This document shows positions 16,281 through 30,640 of a stretch of 64,000 nt of DNA, piece by piece. The translations under genes were made by a program, and so were the position numbers. Within the stretch, counting starts at the first letter, position 1; each line of letters begins with the position of its first letter. The DNA is from the human T2T-CHM13v2.0 reference genome, Homo sapiens: the NCBI RefSeq assembly GCF_009914755.1, contig NC_060925.1, one strand, 5' to 3'. The notes under the pieces are model-generated. The model was not told the DNA's origin and ran no database searches. It worked only from the letters and a program-made list of their open reading frames with translations.

Positions 16281-16899
16281 CAACTGAGCATCACAGTGTA
16301 GGGAAAGGCTCACTATTCAGCATCAGACAACTTGGGTCCACTTCTGGGACCTTCCCTTTGCTCGCTGAGTTATCTCAGTCCAGTGACTTTCCATCTCTCA
16401 GCCTTAGTTTACTCATGTGCAGAGGGTGGGTCTCATCAGAACCGTGCCAGAGGGTTAGAGAGGGGGTGTCCTGTGCAAAACATGTTTTCAGAGCTGTGAA
16501 ATGAGAAATGGGTAGGAGGTGGCAATAGTGTGCATTCGGAATCACGTTGGTGTCTCTATTTTCTCCTGGCTTTGTGCGTACTTCATTGATAATCTTTTCG
16601 CAATCACATCAGTCCTGTAAATTATCATGGCCTTTGTATCTATAATGATGCTCAGATTTCAAGTAAATGAAGCCACACCTCAAAGTGGCTTATATAGTAA
16701 TGACATTCATCAGTACACATGGCGAGAATCCAGGGGTGAATGAGGTTTCAGGTTTGGTTGGTTCTGTAGCCCAAGGGTCATTCTAGGATTGTAGAAGAAT
16801 GAAGAAAGGTTCCCTAGCACTACCTCAGTAGGATCCAAGGGCGGGGAAGGGAGGAGAGGGCAACACCAGCTGGTGTTTATTGGGCATTCAATTTGGCAT

Positions 16900-17065
16900 G
16901 GTCTTGGGCAGACCCTTTAGCTTCTATGTGCCTTGGTTTCCTTATTTGTACAACTGGATAACAACAGCCTGTACCTCCCAGGATGTTAAGAGGCTGAAAG
17001 AGACAATGAGACTGAATATTTCTGTATCGTGCCTTGCAGGCAGGGACCGCTCAATAAATGTCAGC
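16900..17065 (+). mobile_element. MIR
   Basis: MIR core (gtgccttggtttccttatttgtacaa) and tail tcaataaatgtcagct. Confidence 0.7.
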
Positions 17066-17689
17066 TTAGTGGTGTTGGTGCTGTTGACATGGTTGGCATT
17101 GTCTGAAAGCTGTTGGGTGGGGGATTCTACTTGTTCTGTGTTGTTCCCAGACACAGAGCCCAGGCCTTCAAGAGGAACTTCCTGGAGGCACAGTCCAGCT
17201 CAGGAGAGGGGACTTTACCATCGAGTGAGCTGCCAGGAACAGGGTAGGGATCGTCGCTTCTCCCCAAGGGTGTAGGAGCTGTGGCCAGGTGAGGCCTGGA
17301 GGGAGATGTCGTGGCAGAGACTTGGACCCCACTGGAGTGGGGGCTACCAGCCTGGGTCAGGGAGTTTTGGGGGATGAAGCATGATTGGAGCAAACACAGC
17401 TGTTGCAGCTTCTGAGCACACATGGGGCTGATTCATAAGCTCTTGTTTGGCTACATGAACATTAAAATGGATACAACTGGACTCCTCACCCAGAGGGCAG
17501 CCGGTGGCTCCCAGCCTCAGACCTTGGCAAAACCACTAGGCCATCACAGGTCAGCTAGGCTGTGAGACATGAGACCCTTTCTCTCTATGTTTACCCAGCT
17601 CCATGGGGTGAGACTGGGGAGAGGCTGGTCCACCCTGGAGAGTGTCTTGCAAACCAACCAGCTTTGTCAAACCCTAACCCCACCTCTTC

Positions 17690-17890
17690 CAAGTCACTTA
17701 ACCTCTCTAAGCCTCAGTCTCCCTTCTTACAAAATGGAAACTAGATCCACTTGGGTACTTTTATTGGGCCTTAATGAGTTCCCAGATGTGAAGTGAGCCC
17801 ATTGACAGATGTGTTTTGAGTGCTGACTACATGTCAGGCCCTGGGTTAAGGTGTGTGCCTGGCACTTAGTAAATGCTCCGTAAATGTTAC
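17690..17890 (+). mobile_element. MIR
   Basis: caagtcacttaacctctctaagcctcagtctc...acaaaatgg. Confidence 0.7.
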
Positions 17891-17944
17891 CTCTCTTTAT
17901 CTGTGATGGGTTCTTGATATCCGTGGTTGGAGAGGAGCAGAGAA

Positions 17945-18180
17945 TAGTGGGGCTGTGATATGACGGGAAGGCTCTGGGTTCAAATCTTTCTTCTGAAAAG
18001 TGCCAGCTATGTGACATTAGGCAGGTTACCTAACTCCTCTGAATGTAAATGGGATTAATGATAATACCTGATTCCTAGAGCAGATGTGAGACTCGGGAAG
18101 TTAAGGCTGTAAGGTGCTTAGTGCAGCACTTGGCATACATTAAGTGCTGAGTACATGTTGGCCGTTGCTATTATTTTCAT
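17945..18180 (+). mobile_element. MIR
   Basis: ctgggttcaaatc...agctatgtgac...ttggcatacattaagtgct. Confidence 0.75.
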
Positions 18181-18194
18181 TATGAGAGGCATGT

Positions 18195-18410
18195 TAGCAT
18201 GAATGTTAGGGGCTGGAGGTACTGACTCTGGAGCCAGAGGACCTATGTCAAAATCCCAGCTCACTAACTAGGTAACACTGGGCAAATACTTAACCAGCCC
18301 GAGATTCAGTTTCCTTGTCTGTGAAATGGGGACATAACAGTGCAGACCTCATAGGGTTGCCATGAGGTTGACTGAATCACTGTGTGCAAAGCACTCAGCA
18401 CAGTGCCTGT
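18195..18410 (+). mobile_element. MIR
   Basis: gactctggagccaga...tcagtttccttgtctgtgaaatgggg...aaagcactcagcacagtgcctg. Confidence 0.8.
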
Positions 18411-19489
18411 CCCACAGCCCCAAAGACAGAGAGAGTAACAGGAAGGGTTTTCAGACTCTGAATCGCTGCATAGAGGAAGCTGCCTCCTGCTCGGCGATGT
18501 TGGAGGTGAGCACTGGGTCCTGAGGCCTCCCACGGGGCTGGGCACTCAGCAGAGATGCAGGAAACGGTAACTGATACCTGTGGAAGGTGGACATTGGACC
18601 ACAGCCCGGGCCCCTGCAGTGCTGATAAATTCTTGTGTTCTCTTCTTTCCCTGCTCAGCCGCATGGACTACTCCAAGGAGGGAGGCTGGGAAGGGAGGTT
18701 GGGCTGTGTCTGCCGGAGGTTGGAGAGGAAAAAGAGGTGTGGAGCCTATAAGTGACTTCCCCAGGGTCACTCAGCAAGTTGATGGCAAGTGGGGCTCCTG
18801 GCTCCTCCCAGCCCCCTCATTTTCAGTGTGAGGCACCTCCTCTTCTCTGGCTGCGTCCCAGAGCAGCTAAGATTGACAGAGGTCGGCTATAGTTATGCTG
18901 GCATCACTGCAGCTGGAGCTTGGCGTGCTCATCTTCATCGTCTTAGAGCTTTGGGCCACTTTTATTAGGAGATCTCCTTTCAGGAGTGACATAAAATATG
19001 TCTTGAAAGGATATGGGGTTTCCATTTTCTCCCTGTTTTACCCATCATAACACATTTCCATTTCAATTGAGTTGCTTTTCAAGAATCACATTTCAAAACC
19101 TGTACTGCTGAAGACCAGCTGGAAACACTCTTTTCTGAGCTGCTGTCCTTCCTCAGCACCTTTCTCTCCCTTGCTCTCCCTTCCCCCGTGCGGGTGGGGC
19201 CTTCTCTCCCAGGGCCCTGCTCCTGCACTTTCTACCGTGATGCGTGTTCTGTCTCCCACTGGCCACTTCCTACTTTTTCAAGACTTTGCATGGGCATCGC
19301 CTCCTCTGGGAAGACTAAGAAAGAAGTCCTAGCCCATGGAAAGATGGACTTTAATCCACTTCTGTCTGACCCAAAGCCTGAACTCTTAACCACCTCCCTT
19401 TCCACCCTCCACCAGAACCCCAGAAGATGTAGTTGATGATGATGGTAGAAATGGCAGCAGTGTAGCTAATGAAGTGGAGATGATGATGA

Positions 19490-20238
<749 letters not shown>

Positions 20239-20317
20239 GTGATGATGACCAAAAGGTAGTAACAGATTTAAGGGACTGTGCAGAGATGCAGATGGGAAGG
20301 GGCTGCACAGGCTGGAA

Positions 20318-20570
20318 CTATACTTCCCAGCTCCCCTTGCATCTGGGTGGCGCCACATGACCAGTTCTCACTGGTGGGTTGGGGTAAGCAATGTGTGTGT
20401 CTCTTTTGAGCCAAGGTCATTAAGAAGCAAGTGTGCTTTCTCCACTCTCTCTTTTCCCTTTGCCAGGGGAAGCAGACGGATCTGAGGCCTTAGAGGAGGG
20501 CAGAGCCATGAACTGTAGATGAAAGGAGCCTGGATCCCTGAATCACTGCATGGAGCAATGCCACCCACTG
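20318..20570 (+). mobile_element. Old MLT1 (I/J-like) fragment
   Basis: ttcccagctccccttgcatctggg...gaaaggagcctggatccctgaatcactgcatggag. Confidence 0.65.
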
Positions 20571-20679
20571 GCCAGCAGTGTTGGAGGAGAGCATGGGGGT
20601 GGGAGAGGGTGGGGAAAGTGGGAGGCTTGATAGGGCAGGGACGGTGCAGTGAGTGAGTACATGATGGGAGGATCTAACC

Positions 20680-21240
20680 CATACTGTGGATCAGGAAAGG
20701 CTTCGCAGAGGGGCTGATGCCTGTGCAAGGCCTTGAAAAAGTAGAAAGTGCACTAGGCACAGGAAACAGCATGAGCAGAGGCCACAGGAGGGAACCTGGT
20801 GCAATGGGAACCTTGAGATGGTCTGTGATAGGGAGAGGCAAGGTCAGAAGTCAGAGAAGTAAATGGAAGATGGGTCTTGGGTGGCCTGGGTGCCATGTGG
20901 GGGAGTTTTGGAATCACTCTGGGTGGCCATTAAATGCTTTTGAACAGAAGAATCATCCGGTCATATTTGTGCATTAGAGCCCCCTCAAGCTGCTGGTGCG
21001 GGCACGATTGGGGATGGAGAAATTGAGAACAGTGTGGTCAGGATGGAGGCTGGCCCAGAGGACCAGGACAGAGCGCACAGTGCAGAACTAGAGCAGAAGG
21101 GGAGGGGAGTCAGGATTTAGAGTTAACAGGTCTTGACTGATTTCAGGGGAGAGTGAGAGGAGAGAAGAAAGGAAGTGCAACACACAAGTTTTCGGCCTGG
21201 GGTGCTGGGGCCATCTCTGGGATGCAGACACAGAAGGAAG
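20680..21240 (-). mobile_element. L2 fragments
   Basis: Purine-rich reverse L2 motifs (ggaaacagcatgagcagaggc, ttttgaacagaagaat). Confidence 0.55.
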
Positions 21241-21429
21241 AGGAACAGGACTTGGAGAGTGTCTCTGTCTGGTCTGGGCCTGAGTTTCCTCAATTATAGT
21301 TGTGTGTCCAGAATTACATGGACATAGGTGATACATAGGTCAATAGATGGATTAGTTGAAGGGAACAGCAAGAGTAAATGCACAGGGGCAGGGGCTTTAG
21401 AATGAGGTGCAGTTTTTACTTGTGGAACA

Positions 21430-21568
21430 TCTGTCTCCTCCCCTGGGGTGGGGGCAATTGTGCCTGTCTTGTTCACCGCTGTACTGTATCCCTAACAACG
21501 GAGGCTGGCACATAATAGACACTCAATTAATGTTTGTGGATGAATGGAAAAATGAATGAACAAATGAA
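21430..21568 (+). mobile_element. L2 3' end
   Basis: tcttgttcaccgctgta...tggcacataatagacactcaattaatgtttgtggatgaatg. Confidence 0.75.
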
Positions 21569-22699
21569 CTGCAGGTTGTTTGATTTGGCTGCAGCCCAGA
21601 CAACTGGCAGGAGCTCCCAGGATGATCAAATGGGGCCATATCATCAGAGATCTTGAGTGCTGGGTGGGTTTATTTTTATTCCATCGGTGATGGGTTTTGG
21701 GCTGAGGCAAGGCATGATGAGAAGAGATGGTCAAGTTCAGCAGCACAGCCGGGTTTGTCACTTGGGAGCGGAGGAAAGGGATGCCATTAGTCCATGGCCC
21801 TTACCCGTGTTTGGTGATCAGAGCCTCCTGGAGTTCCCTGGTGGGTGACAATGAGGAAGAATGACAGTGGGTCTGCACTGCCACTCCCTATGCTGCCAGT
21901 GGAAAGGAATTGCTTCTCCCCACTCCAGAGCCAGATTCTGTTCTCTGCTTCCCCTCAGGTTCCAAATGGGGCAGCAGCTTACCTTCCTGTTTCCAGCAAA
22001 GTCAGTCACCCTGTGAAGAGCAGCTCCATCCATCTTACCTGGAGCCAACCAGCCTTCTGCCCAATGTCCAGAATAGAACCCAGGGAGACAGGCTGTGTTC
22101 CTGACACCCACTGGATCCCCAGTGAAGCCCTGGCCTCTGCCTATCTTCTTCTTTTGAGGGAGGACAGGGCGGCAGGGCACAGGCCGCTCATGTGCTTTCC
22201 ATCCATGCTGGGCAAAGCCTGCTGGGGGCCCTCGCTGCAGCCAGGCCTGCTCCTATGGCCAGGCACTGGGGAGCATAGGCGGGGCCCTCCCTGGCTGCTT
22301 CCCTCTGGAGGCAAGGATCACTGGCAAAGGATGCCAATGCAGGTGCACCCTTAGAGCTAGGCTGGGTGTCACAGCAAACTCCTGTGCTTGCGGCTGTACA
22401 ACTAGCACAAAGGCAAGTTGCCAAGGGGAGATGAACAAGCATCTCACATGGGTCCCTCCTTTTGCTCCTCACTGCCCTGCCCATGTCAGGTCCCTGTGGG
22501 CTCCCGCCCAGACCTCCTGCCCCCCAGGACCTGCCGTCATGCTGTTGCCATGTGCTCTTTCTCAGACACAGACCTGATCATGTGAGCCCCCTGCTTAGGA
22601 ACATTTGAGGGCTCTTCTCCTACTGAAGGAAGCCACTCAGCTTCGTGGTTGAGGTGGACCTTGATGAGGCTCACTGACAGTCCTGCTTTGGGGCTGTGC

Positions 22700-22925
22700 A
22701 GTGCAGTGGTGAAGGCTCAGACTGTGAAGCCAGGTTACCTTGGTCAAAACCTTGGCTTGGCTGTGGCTCTGAAGGAGTTACTTAGCCTCTCTGAGCCTCA
22801 GTTTCCTCATCTATAGACTGGAGACAGTAACATGGACTTCATAGAATTATGGGAATAAATGAGTTATGTATATAAAATGCTTAGAGTAATGCCTGCAACA
22901 AAGAAAACTCTTGGTATGTGCTTAT
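22700..22925 (+). mobile_element. MIR
   Basis: ctctctgagcctcagtttcctcatctatag core. Confidence 0.85.
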
Positions 22926-22945
22926 TCATGGGATCTGTTAGTTAT

Positions 22946-23032
22946 TTCTCCTCCTCCTCCTCCTTCTTCTCTTCCTCCTCCTCTGCCTCCTCCTCCTCCT
23001 CCTCCCCCCCCCCTTCTTCTCTTCCTTCTTCT
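22946..23032. repeat. (CCT/CTT)n polypyrimidine simple repeat
   Basis: Directly visible. Confidence 0.9.
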
Positions 23033-23079
23033 TGACTGAGGAGGACATTTTCCCTCTGAGAGCAGCCCCTTCTCCCCTT

Positions 23080-23178
23080 GGACTTCCCACTTAGATGAGT
23101 CAATGCATTTCCTTTTAAGTTTAGTGAGGATGAGTTAAGGTTTCTGTCACTTGCAACCAGAACACCCTGGCCTACACA
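23080..23178 (+). mobile_element. Old MLT1 3' end fragment
   Basis: gagttaaggtttctgtcacttgcaaccagaacaccctggcctacaca. Confidence 0.55.
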
Positions 23179-23414
23179 AGCAGAATCTGCCTCCGCAGCT
23201 GTGCCCATCCTCTCCTGTTCCAGGGCTTGAAGCTTCTGCACCAGCCTCACTGACTGGCCCCTCAAACAGGTTCTATTCCTGACTCTGGGCCTTGGTTCTT
23301 GTAGTTCCTTCTGTCTGGAATGTCCCTCTCCCAAATTCTTGGTTTGCCCAAATGCTGCATGCCCTTCAATGCACCAGTAAACCCATGAACCCTGCAAGCA
23401 GAGCACAGAGGAAA

Positions 23415-23620
23415 GAAATGGACTTTGGAGTGACAGAAGTATGAGTTTTATCCCTGTTCCGTCCCTCACTTGCTGAAGGAGCACAGACTCATTACTTAAC
23501 CTCCAGTTCATGCATCTGATATGTGCAGATGGTACCACCAACCCCCCCCAGAGTTCTTACATGGACTGAACGCGATAATTCATGAGAAAGGCCTGGTGCA
23601 CAGTGGGTGCCTAATAATTG
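23415..23620 (+). mobile_element. MIR
   Basis: tggactttggagtgacaga...ttacttaacctc...ggcacagt-like tail. Confidence 0.65.
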
Positions 23621-23869
23621 CTGGCTGACGCAGTCAGTGCTGGGCTGACTTATGCCAGCTTTGGCCCCAGCACTTCACCTCCAGAAGGGCAGGTAGGAAC
23701 CCCAGGGAAATCTTACCCAACAGCCTCGCTTTGGGAAAAAGAAATAGAAAATATTCTAATTCCAAAGAGTAAATGTCAGAGGCGTGGGAAGACTTTCGAG
23801 GTTCTGAAAATAAACACAGTCACTGAAAGGAAGGAGGGAGAGAAAGGAGGGGGTGGAGGTGGAGGACTG

Positions 23870-23998
23870 GAGTGAGAGGCAGAGAGGAGATGCCAAGTAT
23901 GGGAGAGGCAGAGAGACGCAAAGAGATAGAGAGACAGAGAGAGAGGGAGATGGAGACAGAGAAAGAGAGACAAAGAGAGAAAGAGAGAGCGAGAGAGA
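23870..23998. repeat. Degenerate (GA)n polypurine tract
   Basis: Directly visible. Confidence 0.9.
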
Positions 23999-24149
23999 CT
24001 CCCTCTGTCCTGTCCTGGACTTCACATAAGGCCCCAGACAAAGAAACCTCATACTTGCCATGTACACTGTGAATTGACTTGGTCGGGGCTTGCAGAGGGG
24101 CGGCCGGCAGGATGCATCCACATGGCTGATGTGCTTTGTTTCCCCCTTA

Positions 24150-24262
24150 AAATGCCTTTTGAAAAAAATTAAATGAGTTGGCAAAGTTTAAAAAGTGAGA
24201 TTTTACATGCAAAAATCTAATTTCCTTTTCTCTTGAAAAATCAGGAGGTTTGGCCACACTGG
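24150..24262. mobile_element. hAT-Charlie fragment (MER102-like)
   Basis: gagattttacatgcaaaatctaatttcc...tctcttgaaaaatcaggaggtttggccacactggg resembles recalled consensus. Confidence 0.5.
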
Positions 24263-24852
24263 GTGTGGCCTGGACAGTGGGCTGGAGCCCGCAGTGTCTG
24301 CTTCCACAGGAAGCCTTAGACTCTCTGGGTACACACGGCCCCCACTCCTGAGCACTCCTGGCTCTGAGGATAAGCATAGTGTTGTGTGTGCCCTGCTGTG
24401 TTCCTTGTGCCCATCCAACGATCCTTGGACCCCGGGGGGATTCCAGGCAGCGACCTGGACCCAAGGAGCAAAAGCTAAGACCTGCTCAGCTCCGAGGTTC
24501 TACGACCTTCTCAGCTCAAATGGTGACAAAACAGTCTCCCTCCCCTTCACTTCCCATCCCATTGCTCCACCAGGAACAGCAAGAAGGGCTGGGCCCGCTC
24601 ACCCTAATGCCCTGCCAGGCTTCACAGGAGCAGTGGCTGGTGGAGGACCTTCCCTGTCCTTGCCTGGCTCCAAGGCCCCTTGCCACCACTGTTCTCTTCT
24701 CTGGATTCCCCTGTGAAGATGGGAATTCCTAGTTCTCTGTGCAGCTGAAAGCAGACAATCCTCTCTACTCCCAGCCAGGCCCCCAACTTCCTCACTGCTA
24801 AGGCCAAGACTTGCCCCCTTCCTGAGACCCCAGTCCTAAGTGGGGCAGGAGC

Positions 24853-25275
24853 TAGTCCCCCAGCCCCTCATCTCCTCAGTCCCCTAGCTCCCAGTCCCTC
24901 AGTCCCCCAGCCTCCCGGCCCCTCAGTCCCTCAGTCCCCCCAGCCTCCTGGCCCCTCAGTCCCTCAGTCCCCCAGCCTCCCAGCCACTCAGTCCCCCAAA
25001 CTCCTAGTCCCTCAGTCCCCCAGCCCCCAAGCCCCTAAGTCCCCCAGTTCCCCAGCCCCTCTTCCCCTCAGCCCTCCAGCCCCCCAGTCCCCCAGCCTCC
25101 CAGCCCCCAGCCCCTCAGCCCCTCAGCCCTCCGGCTGCCCATCTCCTCAGTCCTCCTCCTGTGAAGCCTTCAGCTCCCCATCTCCTTATCCTTTCAGTCC
25201 TCCAGTGCCCCAGCCCCCTAGCCCCTCAGTCTCCTAGACCCCAGCCCCTCATCTCCCTGGCTCTCCAGCCTCCCG
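24853..25275. repeat. C-rich minisatellite, ~8-bp unit CAG(T/C)CCC(C/T)
   Basis: Visible tandem cagtcccc/cagcccct/cagtccct units. Confidence 0.9.
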
Positions 25276-26684
25276 TCCTGTGTCTTCTTGCCTCAGAGGC
25301 CTCAGGAGACATTGAACACTGGGAGTCAGAGCATGGACAGCCCAGCTGAAATCAACGAGAGGCTCCTATCACACCCTGGGCAGAGGGATGGGGACTCAAA
25401 GGGAACTGGGTGAACCGACTGCCCAGCATCGTCCATTCCACGTTTCAACTACATCCTGATGGTGCTGGAAAGACGCCCACAGCTGGAGCTCTGACAGCAT
25501 CATGGAGGGGCCAGGGGAGCAGAGGGAGACCTCTGGTCATTAAACTTTTCAGGGCTTTGCTTTTCCTGGCTCATTTCATTCTGTTTCTGTTTGGTGGGGA
25601 TTATAGTCCTCATTTAATAGCTGGGAACATAGGGTACAGAGAAGTAAAGCCCCCTGCCGAAGTTCACCCAGCATGTGTGTGGCCGAGCAGAGCTGGATTC
25701 CACCCCAGGCGTGTCTCCCTGGGAAGCCCACGCTGTGTCTGGCTGCTTGTGGCTGCTTGTGGGCACCAGGACTCCTGCTGAGGACTTGGGAGCTGCTGAG
25801 CACAGTGGGCCTTCATTAGCCTTGTTCACTGCTGGGTCCCAGGGACTGTGCCTGGCATATAGTAGGTGCTCAGCAACAGTTAAGGACAAAAATCAACTAG
25901 AGGGGTTTTAAAATACATATGTGTATGTGCGCATGCCTGTTATGTAAAACTGACATGTTTATTTAGGTAAGTAAAAAATCTAGAAATAAATGTCTCAAGG
26001 TGAGATTACAGGGCATTTCGTTTTTGTTTTTGACAATTTAAAAAGTGTTTTTAGAGGGAAAAAATAGCAGAGATGACTATATTCCTCCAGTTCCAAGTGA
26101 TGCATTGAAAATTAAAGTCCAACCATGTTATATCTTGGCTTAAAACCCTTTTGTGTCTCCTCATTGCTCTTGGATGAATGCCAAAATCCTGATGTAGCCT
26201 GCAGACCCTATGTGCCCCGGCCCTGCGTGACTCCCCTCCTTCCCTGAGGCTGGAGGGAAGCAGATGGGGAGGGAGGAGCTCAGTTCTCCAGTCCTAGCCC
26301 TGCCACCTCCTCCCGGCATCCTTCCCTGATTTATCTCTCCTTACCCCTGCCAGACCTACATGGAGTTCATCTCTTCTCCGCATCATTTCTGTGCCTGGTT
26401 CATTTCATGTTAAATTGTAATTCCTGATTTATATTAGGACTTCTGCTTCTCTCTCCCTGCTAAGAGACAGGAATTCTTTTTCAGGGTGGGGGCTGTGCCT
26501 GGTTCATTTCTGTGTTCTCAGTCCCTGATAATAGCTTGGTCTTTATTAAATGTTCTAGAATGGAACTGAACTGGACGGTTTGCTACGGGCAATCCACTGC
26601 CCTTCTCTGGGCCCCAGTTTTCTCTTTTGTAAAAGGGGTGTAGGTGGGCCTTGAGGCACACCTCGAAGGTCCCTCCCATTCCAG

Positions 26685-26780
26685 GATTGAGCCTCAGTTT
26701 CATCTCCTGTAAAATGAGTTGTAATAACACCTGTCTCACTTGGCGCTGTGAGGACACAGTGAAATGTGAGTAACATGCTC
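26685..26780 (+). mobile_element. MIR core
   Basis: tgagcctcagtttcatctcctgtaaaatgag...gtgaggacacagtga. Confidence 0.65.
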
Positions 26781-29681
26781 AGACTGGCAGGGCTGCAGGG
26801 TCCACGGGTCCACCTCTCACTGCACCCACCTCCACCCTGACACATTTACTGCCATTTCCTGGAAGCTGATTGGAGCCGTCACTGGTCTAAACTTTTCAGC
26901 AGCATTTTACCGTTTTGTCCCCACAAGCCACAGCAGGGCTGAGATAAAAGTCCTGGGTGATCTGTTTGAGATGTAAACCCCTCCAGTCCTCCCACTGTTT
27001 AAACCCCCTCAGGGGCTCCTCCTGCTCCTAAAGCAAAGACCCAGACCTCCAGAGCTGCTTTCAAGCCCCTGTGGGGCCCAGCTCCTACTCCTCCCCCTCC
27101 CACTCCACCCACACCTATCCAGGTGTGGAAACTGAGGCTCTGAGAGGTGATGAGACTTGCCCGAGGCCACTCCATCTGTGGATGGCAGAGCCAGACTCAA
27201 ACCCAGGCCTGTTGGGATCCGTCCCTGGGGCTTGGCCAGCCCTGGTGATTGGTGGCCATCCAGTGGGCCTCTTAACAGCTGGCAAAGACACTTCTTCCCA
27301 GTATCTGAGCCACATGTGGCTCACCGTGGTAAAATCTGCCCAGCAAAGGGCACTTACTGACTGAGTGCCACAGCAAGGAGCCTCATCCATGAGACCACCC
27401 ACCCTCCATCCACCTCCTGCAGGCCCGCCCTGCGCTCTGGCCCACCCTGGTTGGCTCCCCTGACTTCTCATCTATTGATTTAGAAAGGAGCCCATGGGGG
27501 ATGCAAGAGGCTCTGATCTATGGCGCTGTGTTTGCCGAGGACACTGGAGCCTTTGAAAGGGATTAGAAATTCATAACCACTGTGATTTGGGTCCCAGCCT
27601 GAGGCCTGTGTAGACATTCCCTGGGCTCCTTATTAAAGAGTGAATAGGTTGGCTTTGGAGGGTCCGAGGACAGTGCAGCCAGTGTGGCTCTTCTGCCCAT
27701 TGCTGGGTCTTTAGGGGTGTCTAGTTGTGAGAATGCTGGTTCCACTGAGCATCAGGGTCTGAGGACCCCTGGCTGGGCCAACTTGCAGGTGTAAACAGCT
27801 CCTGGACTCCAATTCCCTCAGCAAGGAGGGGTCCCAGAAGGGGGCTGGTTTGCAGGGGGAGCTCATGAGTTTGGGCTTGTGCATGTCTGGTTTGTGATGC
27901 CTTTAAGACTCCACACATGACGCGTGGTTGGGGGCTGGGTCTTGCTCTGCGATGGGGCTGAGAAGCCCTGAGGGGGTCCAGAGGAGAAAGGCCCCACCTG
28001 CCCTCAGGCTTCATGGACCACCACAGTGAAAGGTTGTTGTTGAGGAGAGTGGACACCCTACCCTGATGGAGGTGCAGGGCAGAGGTCAAAGTCAGGTCTG
28101 CAGGGTCACCTCTGGGCTGAGTCCTAGAGGATGTACAAGATTCACCAGGCAGAGAACGGGGAGGACACGGAGGGCCGAAGCGCTGTGCAGAGGCTGAGGT
28201 ACAGAGGTGCAGGTGCCCTGCAGTCAGGGCGGCATTCCGGACTGCTGCAACATTGGTGTCTGCAAAAGGGAAGCAGCACAGGAAGTTGGGAGCTGCAAGA
28301 CTCAGAGCAGGAGGATCCTTGAGTGCTGGGTGTGGGGTTTACATGTCACCTGTGGGTCACAGGGATTCATTGTCCTGTTTCTTTTCGGCAGGAGGATGTG
28401 CTCAGGGCAGTTGCCTTTTGAGAAGGCACCTGGGGGCAGGTGAACTGGGAGGGAGACTCTGGCAGCAAAGAGGTCATTTCAGTGGCCTTCTGTGGCATAA
28501 GGGACACATGGGAGCTGGGCAGCTGCACAGGGATGGTGAGAAGTGGGGGCACACGGAGCTCCTTCCGTGTATCTAATAACACCTGCACTCCCTCACCTGA
28601 ATTAGGAACCAAGTGAAAGAAAGGCCCACAAGTCAGGCACATGGAACACAAAATATCTCCTTTATTTCTGCTGAAGTTGAGTTGGAGAATGTGGCCAAGG
28701 TTTGCTGGTCAACGGATCTGCTGCTGCCCAGGCCCTGAATTAAATGCACTGACCTGGTCAAAGCAGGCCTAGACCTCGAGGGCCAACCAAGTATGTGAGC
28801 AGACCAAGCAGAGCTGAGTGCTGGATGAAATGGCAGAGGTTCAAGGACAGAGGCCAGTAAAGTAGGAAGGCAGGAGAAGTTTGACTCTAAGAACACTGAA
28901 CAGAGACTGTGTGTACTGCTGGGCATTGGACATTTGTGCCTGTTCCTGGCCCAGCACTCATGGATCCATATGGGAGTCTTGTGGAGAGTGGGTGACTGGC
29001 AAGAGGGTTTTTGACGGGTGAGTAAGAGTTCTCCAGGTGGAAGCATTGTGGCACCTCCATGGACAGAGTCATGAAGGACAGGGGCAGGTTTGGGAAAGGG
29101 TGCACATATCCCTGTATCCCTGAGAGCTTGGGCAGAAGGAAGGATGTACTGAGTGTCTATTGTTGCTTTAACAAACCACCACAAACTTAACTGCTCAAAA
29201 ATGGCACACATTCATTATCTCAATAGTCCTGGGGGCCATAAGTCTGGTGCAGGTATCACAGGGCTAGAATAAGGAAATGGCAGGGCTGCATTCCCTCCTG
29301 GAGGCTCTGAGGGAGGGTCTATCTCCTTGTTCATTTGGGATGTTAAAAAAATTCAGTTCCTTAGGATCCTGAGGTCCTATTTCCTTGCTGACTGCCAGCT
29401 GAATGTGTTCCCAGATTCCAGAGGCCACCCACATTCCTTGGCTCATGTCCCCTGTCTTCTGCTGTCAAATCCAGTGATGGCAGGTTGACTCCCTCTCACT
29501 CTCTGAGTCTCTCCTCTGTCTTCTCCCATCTTATCTCTCTGCTTTCTTCTTCTGCTTTTAAGAGTTTATATGATTAGAATGGGCCCACCTCATTCACTCA
29601 AATTAGGTTGATATAGTCTCCTGTCTCAAAGTTCATGACCTTAATCACATCTGCAAAGTCCCTTTTGCCTTATAATATAAC

Positions 29682-30334
<653 letters not shown>

Positions 30335-30419
30335 ATAACACAGTCATAGGTTCTGGAGATTAGCATGTGGATATCTTTGGGGGATTATTATTCCTCCTAT
30401 CAGGGGAGGAAAAAAAGCA

Positions 30420-30640
30420 ACATTTATTGAGCATCTATTAAGTGCCAAGGACCAAGCAAATTGTTTAGCATCCATCATCTCATTTTATCCTCACACCTGC
30501 TCTGCAAGGCAGGTAGCATTATCCCCACTTTACAGACAAGAAAACTGAGGCTCAGAGGGACTAGTGAAGGATAAACAATGCATAAGGATTAGAGGTATGA
30601 TTTGAACCCAGCTCTGCAGTCTCAAAGCCTGTGCCCTTTC
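30420..30640 (-). mobile_element. MIR, near full length
   Basis: catttattgagcatc...ccccactttacagacaagaaaactgaggctcaga...tttgaaccca. Confidence 0.85.

Noticed and set aside
21845-22354. 169-aa ORF and many overlapping 60-190-aa ORFs in the GC-rich part
   Set aside because: No recognisable domains or consistent exon structure; expected by chance at this GC content.
22942-23541. 199-aa ORF with acidic tail
   Set aside because: The E-rich end comes from the (CCT)n repeat; the rest crosses MIR and MLT1 fragments.
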